Virus record (IMG/VR): IMGVR_UViG_3300036852_000142
Location: 1-63,790 of that record
Length of the DNA stretch: 63,790 nucleotides
Direction: 5' to 3' (one strand)
DNA from: a virus
Taxonomy: Duplodnaviria > Caudoviricetes
This document shows positions 51,387-60,255 of the stretch, piece after piece. The translations under genes and the position numbers were made by a program. The notes under the pieces are model-generated. The model worked only from the letters and a program-made list of their open reading frames with translations. It did not search any database and had not been told where the DNA came from. Every line of letters starts with the position of its first letter. Position 1 is the stretch's first letter.

Positions 51387-51760
51387 TTAAACTTCTTAGT
51401 CTGTTTTCTTAAGAATGGGTTTAGAAAACTTTTCTCTTCAATGAAAACAACAACATCTTCCTTAACTTCCGGGCTAGGTTCCCGCGTCCCGCGCCGGTGC
51501 GTTATCGCAACTTCTTCCTGCCGGCGTTCAATGTGTCTCTCCAAGTAGCCATCCTTTGGCGGAGTTATCTTTACTGGTAGTCCTAAAGCCCGACGCTTGG
51601 AGCGCCTGCGTTCCTGATTAACGGTTGCCCGGTCTTTGTGACAAGTCTTGCAATAGCTGTGTAGACCGTCAGGACTTTTACGGTGCCTGTAGAAGTCCCA
51701 CACAGGAACATGCTGCCGGCAATCGCCACAGAACTTTGTTGCTATTCCTTCTTCGTTCAT
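51371..51760 (-). CDS. Zn-finger protein
   Basis: KFCGDC..FYRHRKSPDGLHSYCKTC. Confidence 0.55.
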   Translation of the reverse strand: MNEEGIATKFCGDCRQHVPVWDFYRHRKSPDGLHSYCKTCHKDRATVNQERRRSKRRALGLPVKITPPKDGYLERHIERRQEEVAITHRRGTREPSPEVKEDVVVFIEEKSFLNPFLRKQTKKFNWSVV

Positions 51761-51769
51761 CGGCAGCGT

Positions 51770-52114
51770 TTAACTCTCCCCATCGTCGTAAAGCTCATCG
51801 TCAGTAGGTTCGAATTCAGAGCGAGAGCCGACGGACAGTTGCGGCGCTGTGGGCATCTCCCAGGGCTTAACTGGTGCTTGTGCAGAGCCGTTCCCTACAC
51901 GTCTTGCGACTTCCTCAGTTACCGGAGTCATGGAGTAGATCGCGCCATTGCCGAAGTAGCGCGTGAAGTCAATCTCACCATCCGGCTTTGGCACATCAAC
52001 ACGAAGGAATGAGCAGCCACCAATACTCGCCTCAGTTACGCGCCCCGCTAACCGGACGTGCCCGAAAAGTTCCAGTACGGCCCAACAGTCAAATTTCAGT
52101 TCTGGTTCATCCAT
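51770..52114 (-). CDS. Conserved phage hypothetical protein
   Basis: WAVLELFGHVRLAGRVTE..FLRVDVP..AIYSMTP. Confidence 0.6.
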   Translation of the reverse strand: MDEPELKFDCWAVLELFGHVRLAGRVTEASIGGCSFLRVDVPKPDGEIDFTRYFGNGAIYSMTPVTEEVARRVGNGSAQAPVKPWEMPTAPQLSVGSRSEFEPTDDELYDDGES

Positions 52115-52504
52115 TACTTTGCCTTTGTTGTTTAACTGGAGAGCGACTAGCTAAGTCGCCCTCCAGGTTAGAGTGCCCAGACCCAAAGCACTTGCTTCGG
52201 GCGTCCACAGTGCATGCTTTCTGTGAACGGTTAATTGGCTTCATCGTTAAAAATACCTCTCAATCTTTGCGGGCAGTCCGCTCTTATCCGCACTGCTTCC
52301 AACAAACTCCTTCCCGACCGGAATTAGATGAATGCGCTCACCGCACTGCTTACACTGTCGCCAATACTTACTCGTCTTGCGCGTACCGTAGCCGCACTTC
52401 GGGCACATTGAACCGTCAAGCAATAACAAGGCAATAAGGTTCTCAAAGTTCGGTCTATCAGCAATGGAAAACTCGCGTGTGGTTTTTAGTTTCATCTGTG
52501 ACCA

Positions 52505-53272
52505 TTAAAAGAAATCAACTTCATGGCATTCTTGTAGTCGTGTCATTATCGAATTGCCCCAGATTTCATCTATGCGACCCCAATGAGTGCGCAGTGCCTC
52601 AGCGGAAAAGTTGCTCGTCACGACAATCTGGTGCTGAAATGAGCGCGCGGCATCTATCACGTTGAAAAGTTGTTCCGAAGCAAACTCACTTGGACGCGCT
52701 TTCTCAAACTCGTCAAGAAATAACAACCAAGGCTTGCTAGATTTTCGTAACTCATCGGCAGTTACTCGCGGTGCTTTTAATGTCTCGCCTTCTGGTACGC
52801 CAACTTCAACACGCCGAAAATCAGCAAGTAGATCGCGCACCGTACACGCTACAACTGGGCGCCGCTGGGATACGGCATAACGATAAAGCGCCCACGCGAT
52901 ATGACTTTTGCCAGTTCCGTTCTTACCAACAAACAGATATGAGTCATTAGGATTGGCTCGAATAAACGTAATCGCGGCTGCTTGCCCTGGATGTAAATCA
53001 GCGCGTGGACTCAATCGGGATAGTCTTGGGTTATTAAATACCGGCGGAATGATTGCGAGCTGCGCTTGTGCCATTCTGCGTTTAACACATTTACAGTTTC
53101 GCGCCATGATCACCACACCATCGCGTCTACTGCGAACCGGCTTGCCGTCTGCGATAAGTCGAACTCCAACCCCAAGACAACGCCAGCACTTAGCAGATTT
53201 TGGACTTTGGTTCGAACTTGAAATCGCTTTTTTGAGGATTTCCGTTTCGAGTGTTTTGCTTATGATTTCCAT
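52505..53272 (-). CDS. DnaC/IstB-like AAA+ helicase loader
   Basis: CxxC..C.C, GKNGTGKSH, LFLDE, VTSN, RL. Confidence 0.88.
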   Translation of the reverse strand: MEIISKTLETEILKKAISSSNQSPKSAKCWRCLGVGVRLIADGKPVRSRRDGVVIMARNCKCVKRRMAQAQLAIIPPVFNNPRLSRLSPRADLHPGQAAAITFIRANPNDSYLFVGKNGTGKSHIAWALYRYAVSQRRPVVACTVRDLLADFRRVEVGVPEGETLKAPRVTADELRKSSKPWLLFLDEFEKARPSEFASEQLFNVIDAARSFQHQIVVTSNFSAEALRTHWGRIDEIWGNSIMTRLQECHEVDFF

Positions 53273-54002
53273 TTCCGTTTCTTGATAGCCATGATCCGAT
53301 CTCGCTTTTAACAGACTGCCACGTAACCCGCGCCCGCCACTTGTCTTTTAGAAGGTCGCTATAGCAAGCCTCGCAGACTTCTGGTTTGTAGGTAGCAAGA
53401 AGCCAGTTAATCGCCGCGCCTTGCGCTTTGGGATCGGGGATTGGACCAGCAATGTGCTGATTGTGAAAATCCATAAGCCGCGAATGCGGCGATGGTGTTT
53501 TTAGTTCTTCTTCTCTTAGTTCTTCTTCTACGTTATTCTTTATTTCCACAGTGGAAATTGGTTTGGAACTTGGATCAACTTCCACTGGAACTTGGTTTTG
53601 TCCCTCAACTTCCACACTGGAAGGCGCAACTTCCACTGTGGAACTTGTAAAGCGATCCGTATTGATCTTCCAAATATCAGTGATTGTGATTTCTTGAAAC
53701 GGCTTTCCGCCACGCGGGTTTGTGACTTCTCTGGTTCGGATTAAGGGCCGATTTCCTAATTCTAGGCGTTTAGCTTCCAAGGCACTTTTCGTTCTACTGA
53801 CTGTTCCCACACCCATGCCCGTTTCGCGGGCAAGAGTCGCCGTGGATTTGCGGCATTTACCATTCGCAGTTGCGCCGGCAGCGCGTTTGAGATGTGCGTA
53901 GAGCACTAATTCCAACGGCTTCAATCCAATTTCAAAAACAATGTTCGGTATCTGTGTCCAGTATTGTCGGGCGTCACCCTCGTCAGTTACTTCGTGCCTC
54001 AT
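53190..54002 (-). CDS. Replication initiator (HTH, lambda O-like)
   Basis: WTQIPN..LYAHL..STATLARETGMG..TV; internal iterons; coupled to the DnaC-like gene. Confidence 0.8.
   Translation of the reverse strand: MRHEVTDEGDARQYWTQIPNIVFEIGLKPLELVLYAHLKRAAGATANGKCRKSTATLARETGMGVGTVSRTKSALEAKRLELGNRPLIRTREVTNPRGGKPFQEITITDIWKINTDRFTSSTVEVAPSSVEVEGQNQVPVEVDPSSKPISTVEIKNNVEEELREEELKTPSPHSRLMDFHNQHIAGPIPDPKAQGAAINWLLATYKPEVCEACYSDLLKDKWRARVTWQSVKSEIGSWLSRNGNGNHKQNTRNGNPQKSDFKFEPKSKIC
53500..53644. promoter_or_regulatory. Replication origin: four palindromic iterons plus an A/T-skewed tract
   Basis: TTCCAC...TGGAA at 53544-53556, ~53580-53590, ~53610-53622 and ~53631-53643. Confidence 0.75.
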
Positions 54003-54499
54003 GTAAACGAAAAGCCCTCAACTTTCGAGACGCTAGAGCGTTAGCAAGGACTCCGCATAGTGGTACGAAGTAGCTGCCAGCGCCCCGAAGGTTCAAGGCT
54101 CTGTCTCCACTATGCTATACGCCGGTTGCTTGCCGTCGCCCGCATCGCGGGATTTATTAACCACCATCACACTATCTCAACTCTCAGATTTAAGTTTTTA
54201 GCTGTCACGTTGCTGTAGGCCAATACCGATTTAGTGGCTCAGGCCATTCTCCGTCGTATGTTCCGAACTCGATTTGCGAATACATCACAACGTCTAGGCC
54301 AAGTTGTTTTGCTTCATCCCGCTGGCTCACGTTTCGACTCAGACGATCCGCACACAGTGCCTTTCCTATATTAATTTTAAGTAATCGCTGGCCATTGATT
54401 CGGCCTGAGCCTTTACAAGTCGAGCACTTGAAATCGCCAGTCCGACAACCAGAAGGCCCGCAAACACTCAATAAGCATTCAACCTCCGGTGTCTTTCGG

Positions 54500-55340
54500 G
54501 ATAACGATCTGGGAAAGCCAGGATGCTTTGCCCCCTCGTAAAACTAAAAATGCTTTTCAAGAGTGAAATCCTTGAATCGCCGTCTCCGACTTTCACGGAG
54601 CAGCGCCAAGTACTAAGTCCCCGTCTCATCGGACGGTCGAGACACACGCTTTCGCGTCAGCGACTCAGGATTGAATTGCGCGGGGCCGAATTGGATACCG
54701 ACCTAGAGGAGCCTTGTACGGTAAACTCCGTCAGGGTTTTGCAAAACCCACGGCTGCTCGTCCAATATCTGACCTGCTTACGGGGCTTGGCCCAGCCTCG
54801 GAGTGCGAACAGCGTTTTCTCCGCATGATGCATCATGCCTGCCCGCGCAATTACGACGAGCCTTTGAGCGACCGTCTTTCAGATCGCCTTATCTCCCGTC
54901 GCAAACTTTTCAAATATCAAGCTGGCCGTTTCTCTCCCACGGCCAAAGTCACACCACTTGCAGGGCCAGTCTCGGTGTCCAAAACGGGGTTTCACCGTTC
55001 ACCCGAGCTTGGTTCTTCCCTGTCTCCGCGAGGTGTCGCGCGACCCGCTTGCGCTTTGGCACGACCATCTTTCAGACCGCGCTACTTGCCGCCGCGCTAT
55101 CGTTAGCACCGGAGTTTCGCTTGCTCCGGTAGCGCCGATTCTTACGCCTTATCGGAGGCCCGCAGTCAGCCTTACGGCCCAGCATGTTGCCCGTTGGTCT
55201 GCGACACCATGATTCGCCGTTTAGTAACACACGGCGAAACTCAAAGAACTCTTTTCAAGTAGGCGGGAACCTTTTAGCCCTCCCGAACCTCTAGATTCCC
55301 GCCCTCTGCCCGATTGCTGTTGCCATAGAATTAGCAATCG
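54500..55340 (-). ncRNA. Candidate large structured non-coding RNA (or RNA cluster)
   Basis: No minus-strand ORF in an otherwise gene-dense arm; many hairpins, with GNRA loops on the minus strand. Confidence 0.5.
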
Positions 55341-55347
55341 AGAGAAA

Positions 55348-55815
55348 CTAACTCTTTTCAACTGAGACGTAAGGAGCGCGATCCTTCGTTTTCATTGCCT
55401 CACGAAGGATCTGTTTCGCCGTCTCCGTCCGTTCGCTACTTGATACCGTATTCAAGAAGCCGTTTAAGTTTCGCTTCTTTGCGGTAAACTTGATCTCAGT
55501 CTTAAATAGTTCGTCAAACACTTCTTTGCCCAATAACTCCGCGGCTGTGAACATCTGCTCGTTGTCAAATTCGTAGTCGATCCCAAACTCGACTTTCAGC
55601 CGTATGCCGCCAGTGCTTTCCAGGTGAACCGTCTTCTGTGTCCCTTTGTTTTCAAACGCGATGCCGGCCAGTTGTAAGCCAATCTCCCTTCTCTCTGTCG
55701 CCTGCTCTTTTACCTGCCTATCAAGTTGAGCGAACCGCTTAATCAGATCGTCTTGACTTAGGCCAGCAACCGCCGACTTCGGGGCGTCCGTGTCCATTGC
55801 TTCTGCGAATGTCAT
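55348..55815 (-). CDS. Hypothetical protein coupled to the recombinase
   Basis: SD GAGGGAGG; helical N-terminus. Confidence 0.55.
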   Translation of the reverse strand: MTFAEAMDTDAPKSAVAGLSQDDLIKRFAQLDRQVKEQATERREIGLQLAGIAFENKGTQKTVHLESTGGIRLKVEFGIDYEFDNEQMFTAAELLGKEVFDELFKTEIKFTAKKRNLNGFLNTVSSSERTETAKQILREAMKTKDRAPYVSVEKS

Positions 55816-55829
55816 GTGATGCCCCTCCC

Positions 55830-56936
55830 TCAAAATGGAATACTTACATCACGATCGATTGAGTCGAGCTCGCTGATACTTAGTTCCTCAAGCGGCTTCA
55901 GCCCCTTCTCATCCAGATACGCTTGCAGGTGCTTATCAGAGTCGAAGTTTGTTTTGATTGATTTGATAACACCTGCCTTCCTGCTCCCAGATTTGAGGTT
56001 GTCAACACGCTCGCTTAGGAGTTTCAGCAGATCGCTAACCTGTCCATCGTCTAGCCCGTCAACATCGGCAACGCCTTCAAAGTTCTGTGCCACAAAAGCG
56101 TTTGCGGTTTTCTGTGTCCACTTAGGTTGATCGCCCAGCTCATTAAGCAATTTGAACGCATCCGCAACTGACTGAATAAGAGTCTTGCGAACTTTATCTA
56201 TCTTGGCGCGCGGCGCCGACTGCTTGCTAGTTACTTTCGCCTCTGTCTTTGTCTCTACGGGCTTTTCACCATTTGCGCTCGCTGTAATGTCCGTGAAGTC
56301 TTCAAGATCCTGGGTAAAGAATTCCGAGGCGTTGACGGCCAAGAGCGTAGCCGCGATCAAGGCTCGTTTTTGAGCCATCTTCTGCATGGTGTTGACTTGA
56401 TCCGCGATGTCAGGATTCGGAACCCGTTCAACCACCTGTGATGTAATTCGTTCGTCGGTGTCGTGAAACTTTGCCCCACAGCCATTCTTTTTTGTCCAGC
56501 ACAGCCATCCCCCGCCATATTCCTCTTTGCCCTTGATTACAGAGCCTTCTACGCCGCAGCTAGGGCATTTCCGCTCACCTTTGCGCCAGCGATATTTCGT
56601 CTCGTGACTGTTGCACGATCCGTCCGCCTCAGCAACTAATAGATCGCCGCGATAAAGAGAGCAGCGATAGAGATAATTGAAAAACGGTCGATCCCATTCT
56701 TCTGTGTGATCAATGAGCTGAAACCGCTTGCTTAAGCCGAATAAGGTGCAAAGTTTCTCTGCTCCTGGCTTGAGTAAAGTATTTTTTTCTGTGCCTGGAA
56801 TCTTGCCAAAGTCCGTCCCTTCGTTCATCAATTCCTGAACGTAAGTAACGATTGTTCGATAACGCTGTGTTGCCGTGGCAATATCCATTATCGGCATCAA
56901 TGCGTCGGATTCTCTTACTGTGATTGCTTCTGTCAT
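55830..56936 (-). CDS. Single-strand annealing / recombination protein with Zn ribbon (putative)
   Basis: DFGKIPG..LLKPGAEKL..GSCNS.E..CPSC..NTMQKMAQKRAL..SEFFTQD. Confidence 0.65.
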   Translation of the reverse strand: MTEAITVRESDALMPIMDIATATQRYRTIVTYVQELMNEGTDFGKIPGTEKNTLLKPGAEKLCTLFGLSKRFQLIDHTEEWDRPFFNYLYRCSLYRGDLLVAEADGSCNSHETKYRWRKGERKCPSCGVEGSVIKGKEEYGGGWLCWTKKNGCGAKFHDTDERITSQVVERVPNPDIADQVNTMQKMAQKRALIAATLLAVNASEFFTQDLEDFTDITASANGEKPVETKTEAKVTSKQSAPRAKIDKVRKTLIQSVADAFKLLNELGDQPKWTQKTANAFVAQNFEGVADVDGLDDGQVSDLLKLLSERVDNLKSGSRKAGVIKSIKTNFDSDKHLQAYLDEKGLKPLEELSISELDSIDRDVSIPF

Positions 56937-58496
56937 CTGTTTTCTCCTTGTGAATTGCCTCAATCGCGTGGTTTTAGCTCTGAGGCATTGTTACTTGGAA
57001 TTAACTTTCAACTTTTGACTGTCGGCGCCTTGCGCCGCTTTCTCGATCCGTGGAAAAAATTCATTTTATTAAGACGCCGGACAGTTCTAACGTCACGTTG
57101 TTATCCCTCAATTCGCAGGCGTCTTGAGTGCTGCCGCTGCGTTCCAAGCCGCGCGCAGGATTTCAGTGGCGCGCGGTATTACAGCAACAGCCTCGTCCAT
57201 AGTGACGCTATAAACCTTTAGCGTTACCCAGTGGTCATGGCCCACCTCGCCGGTAACTTCAAACTCAACTGAGCGCCAAGGCCGAACACGATCAGCATGC
57301 TCCCACGGAAAAATTGCGATATGGGGCGGCTTCTCATTGCTGCTACAATCCGCAAACCCTTCAAAGGTTTTCCATGCCCACCATTCAACACCCATATGCT
57401 TCCACTCATATCCATGCCACTCAACACGCCAGCCATCAGCGGTTAGAATTTCTTTGAGTTGTTTTGGCGTAGTAATCACCCAATCTCCTGCGTCCGCTTC
57501 GGCGCTCTCCCTAAACGTAGAAAGATCGCCCGTCGTATTACTTGAAAAACCAGTCGTAAATCCGCTGTTTAATAAGATGGAATCGTGTGTGATTCACGGG
57601 ATGATCAACCTCTCGGGTAGCCTTCCGGATCGTTCCGTCTACATCCTGAATCTGCACTGGAACTTGCAGCGTCCATCTCTTTTGATGTTTGTATCTGGCT
57701 ACTTCTATTCGAGCTATATCGCGCGCGTGTTCGTAGTCAGGATCAACAACTCTTAAATTTGGTTTCATGCTGCAAAAAACTCCTTTTTCGTAACTACTGA
57801 GTGCCCGTATTCACGCGCTGGCCTCTTGAATGATTTTGTCGATCACACGCGCGGCTTGCTTCGGAGTTTTAAGGTCGTAGCGGTAGAATAGTCCCTTAGT
57901 TCCTTGCGCCTCCTCCTTACTAAGCCCAAGTAGTTTTTGGGCGGCATCCAGCGGAGACTCGACTATCCGACCTGACGGGCTAAACCACTCAAACTCATTG
58001 AAGCTATTCCAACGGGGCTTGAATCCAGCGAGGCTTAGGGCGTGTCCTGCAATGCACATAGCCGTGCCGCACTCCGTCTTATGTGCGAGGACATTCATAT
58101 TGAAATGCTTCCTATGGCGCATCCGCAAGAACCGCGTTCGTAGTCGTTTCAGCAACTCAACGTTTGTCTTTGTCATCGTAATCACTCAACCTTTCTGGCT
58201 CGCGCGAAGCGCGGCCTTTCCTAAATAATTCGATTTCTACGCCGCGATGCTTTAGCGATCCGATTCCGCCGACGCCATTTGCATACGCGATTCCATTTTG
58301 TGTTATTGCGCGGCATCTTGTGCTCAGCGTATTCTCGAAATAATGCTTGTCCTGTTTTCACTAAACTTCTCCTACCGTCTCATTTCCTTAACGTTAGAGG
58401 GACTTGCTTTGAGTTCTAACTGCTTCCCTAATCCGGTTAGGAATTGTTGAAGCGCAGTAATAATTGCTAAAGTCTCTTCTCTCTGAACTGGTTGGC

Positions 58497-58525
58497 TTGA
58501 CTCTTTTCCCGCGCCTGATTACGAT
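58497..58525 (+). promoter_or_regulatory. Sigma70 promoter TTGACT-N17-TACGAT, antisense to the early leftward transcript
   Basis: Near-consensus boxes with a 17-bp spacer. Confidence 0.6.
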
Positions 58526-58587
58526 CCTCGCCTCTCTTCCAACCGTGCGGCGTCTCGTGGGCGAACCTGTGAGGCGTTTTCGTGTCT

Positions 58588-58788
58588 TTAGGCCGGCATC
58601 TCTACGCGCTCATACTTTTTGGGAAATTTCTTGATATAGCGCGGGAAACCCAGCTTTAATATTTCGTCCAACGCCTGCGACCGCGTATGCCCACGCAGTT
58701 CTGCGGCCTCGTCCAATCTGGTTTTGAATTCCAGAGTGCTTCGCGTTGAAATGATTGGATTGTCTTCTTGTTTAATCTGTTCGCTCAT
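58588..58788 (-). CDS. Ribbon-helix-helix Cro/Arc-like regulator
   Basis: IISTRST..FKTRLDEAAELRGHTRSQAL; first gene of the leftward arm. Confidence 0.7.
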   Translation of the reverse strand: MSEQIKQEDNPIISTRSTLEFKTRLDEAAELRGHTRSQALDEILKLGFPRYIKKFPKKYERVEMPA

Positions 58789-58789
58789 A

Positions 58790-58844
58790 GCGTATACCAA
58801 TATACCGTATATCGGTATATGTCTGCAAGCGTCAATGTGACCGA
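58790..58844 (-). promoter_or_regulatory. Leftward promoter/operator block
   Basis: tcggtcacattgacgct plus four TATA boxes at 7-8 bp spacing. Confidence 0.7.
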
Positions 58845-58877
58845 TGGTGTTTTACGGACTTGGAAAGGAGCGTTTAC

Positions 58878-59201
58878 ATGTATACAGTTCTCGGCAACGG
58901 TATGCCGCGAAAAAAGCCAGTAGGCCCGGTAGTTAATTTCCAACTCAAGCTGTACGGCGAGGAAGCAGAACGTTGGCTGAAAATCAGAGACCAAGCAAAG
59001 AAGCGGAACAACTACATAGGCGATACTGGCATCAATAGACGGTTGCTAGGACTCGATCCTGATAAGGCTGGGGAAGTCACGGAGAGAGACCGTGCGTTCT
59101 TTTTAGGCCCCCAATCAAGCAAACCAGCGGAAATGCTTGGCCGCACGCCTAGCGGCAAAGCCCATATCAAGGACGTGTCCCCCAAAGTTAGACACAGATA
59201 A
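58878..59201 (+). CDS. Putative repressor
   Basis: Divergent from the Cro-like gene, between the two operator blocks; SD GGAAAGGAG. Confidence 0.5.
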   Translation: MYTVLGNGMPRKKPVGPVVNFQLKLYGEEAERWLKIRDQAKKRNNYIGDTGINRRLLGLDPDKAGEVTERDRAFFLGPQSSKPAEMLGRTPSGKAHIKDVSPKVRHR

Positions 59202-59222
59202 GATCAAGGGTATTCCTTTTCA

Positions 59223-59489
59223 ATGGAAAGTTGTAGCGATCCGGCCTCTTACGAGGTCTCGGATACTGTTGTTTTACCAACACTTGACCTCAACGAGTTG
59301 CTTCTAGAGCATCCCGCCGCTAGCTTTGTGTTTCGCTGCGACGAAAACCTGCTCATAGTTGACCGCGCCCAAAGACCCTACGAAGGATGCCTGGTTCTCG
59401 TAAAAACGTCTCACAGCTACCTTGTCGAGCTGTATACAGGCCAACAGACGTGGGGTGTCGTAACCTACCAACTCCACAAAACTGCCTAA
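59223..59489 (+). CDS. UmuD-like (S24) protein lacking catalytic residues
   Basis: LDLNELLLEHPAASF..LLIVDR..WGVVTY, but no GDSM and no TVKR. Confidence 0.7.
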   Translation: MESCSDPASYEVSDTVVLPTLDLNELLLEHPAASFVFRCDENLLIVDRAQRPYEGCLVLVKTSHSYLVELYTGQQTWGVVTYQLHKTA

Positions 59490-59508
59490 GCTAAAACCGA
59501 AAACGAAT

Positions 59509-59562
59509 TCGGTCACATTGACGCTGGACTTGTATACAAATATAGCGTATACATCTATACGC
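59509..59562 (+). promoter_or_regulatory. Rightward promoter/operator block (inverted twin of 58790-58844)
   Basis: Identical 17-mer tcggtcacattgacgct plus four TATA boxes. Confidence 0.7.
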
Positions 59563-59594
59563 GAATCCGGCAGGGCCAAAAGGTTAGGTGTTGG

Positions 59595-59870
59595 GTGACT
59601 GAGAAACAAGAAATCAAAAAGAGCGGTTCTGAGGATTGCCCTCATTGCGGAGGCCGGCGAGAGCGCGAGCTCAGAGGCGTGCTGGTGCTCCTAATCGTCC
59701 TGCTCACCTTCGGAATCGGATACATCAAGTTATTAACTGGAGCCGCTGACGACACTCTTGTACCGCCGTGGGCTGCAGGTCTTAGCGGAGCCGCCGTGTC
59801 GATGTATTTCATGTCTCGTTCAGGAGAGCGGATGAGGGAGATGACGCGAGAGATATGTCGGAAACAATAA
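59595..59870 (+). CDS. Two-TM membrane protein, first gene of the rightward operon
   Basis: CPHC plus two hydrophobic helices. Confidence 0.55.
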   Translation: MTEKQEIKKSGSEDCPHCGGRRERELRGVLVLLIVLLTFGIGYIKLLTGAADDTLVPPWAAGLSGAAVSMYFMSRSGERMREMTREICRKQ

Positions 59871-59891
59871 AGCAGAAACAAGGGCGTCAAT

Positions 59892-60235
59892 GCTATGGCC
59901 CGGAGCTGGTTCGGTGATTCATGGTGAGGTTCGGGCCGGCAGTCTAGGCGATGTTTGGTACGTCATGGATGGTCGCGGTTAGGTTCGGTACGTCAGGCTC
60001 GGTTCGGAAGATTAGGCCGATCAAGGCAGTGTTAGGTAAGGCGGGGCAGGCGAGGAGTGGAATCCCAGCGGCGAGTCAAGGAGCGGGTAGGAATGGCACG
60101 GCAGGTGCGGCGGGGCAGGCGAGGAGAGGACACGCTTGGATCGCAGCGGTGTTGTCCGGTTTGGCAAGGTAGACAGGGAAAGGCGGCGATTGGCCTGTAA
60201 GGGCGAATCGTGGCGAGGAAAGGTAATTCAATTCA
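59892..60235 (+). repeat. Pentamer GG(Y/A)-NN array 1 (candidate guide-RNA array)
   Basis: 5-nt periodic G-rich triplets with variable dinucleotides; junctions at 59938, 59992, 60045, 60100, 60114, 60172. Confidence 0.8.
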
Positions 60236-60255
60236 ACTTTACTGAAGGAGAAAGA

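Noticed and set aside
54674-54852. Bona fide tRNA or tmRNA gene
   Set aside because: Ends are only loosely tRNA-like; no canonical TTCGA T-loop or CCA, and no tag ORF identified. Kept only as part of the ncRNA candidate.
54523-55212. Overlapping plus-strand ORFs
   Set aside because: Antisense to the arm, no SD, no recognisable motifs; likely spurious in GC-rich structured DNA.
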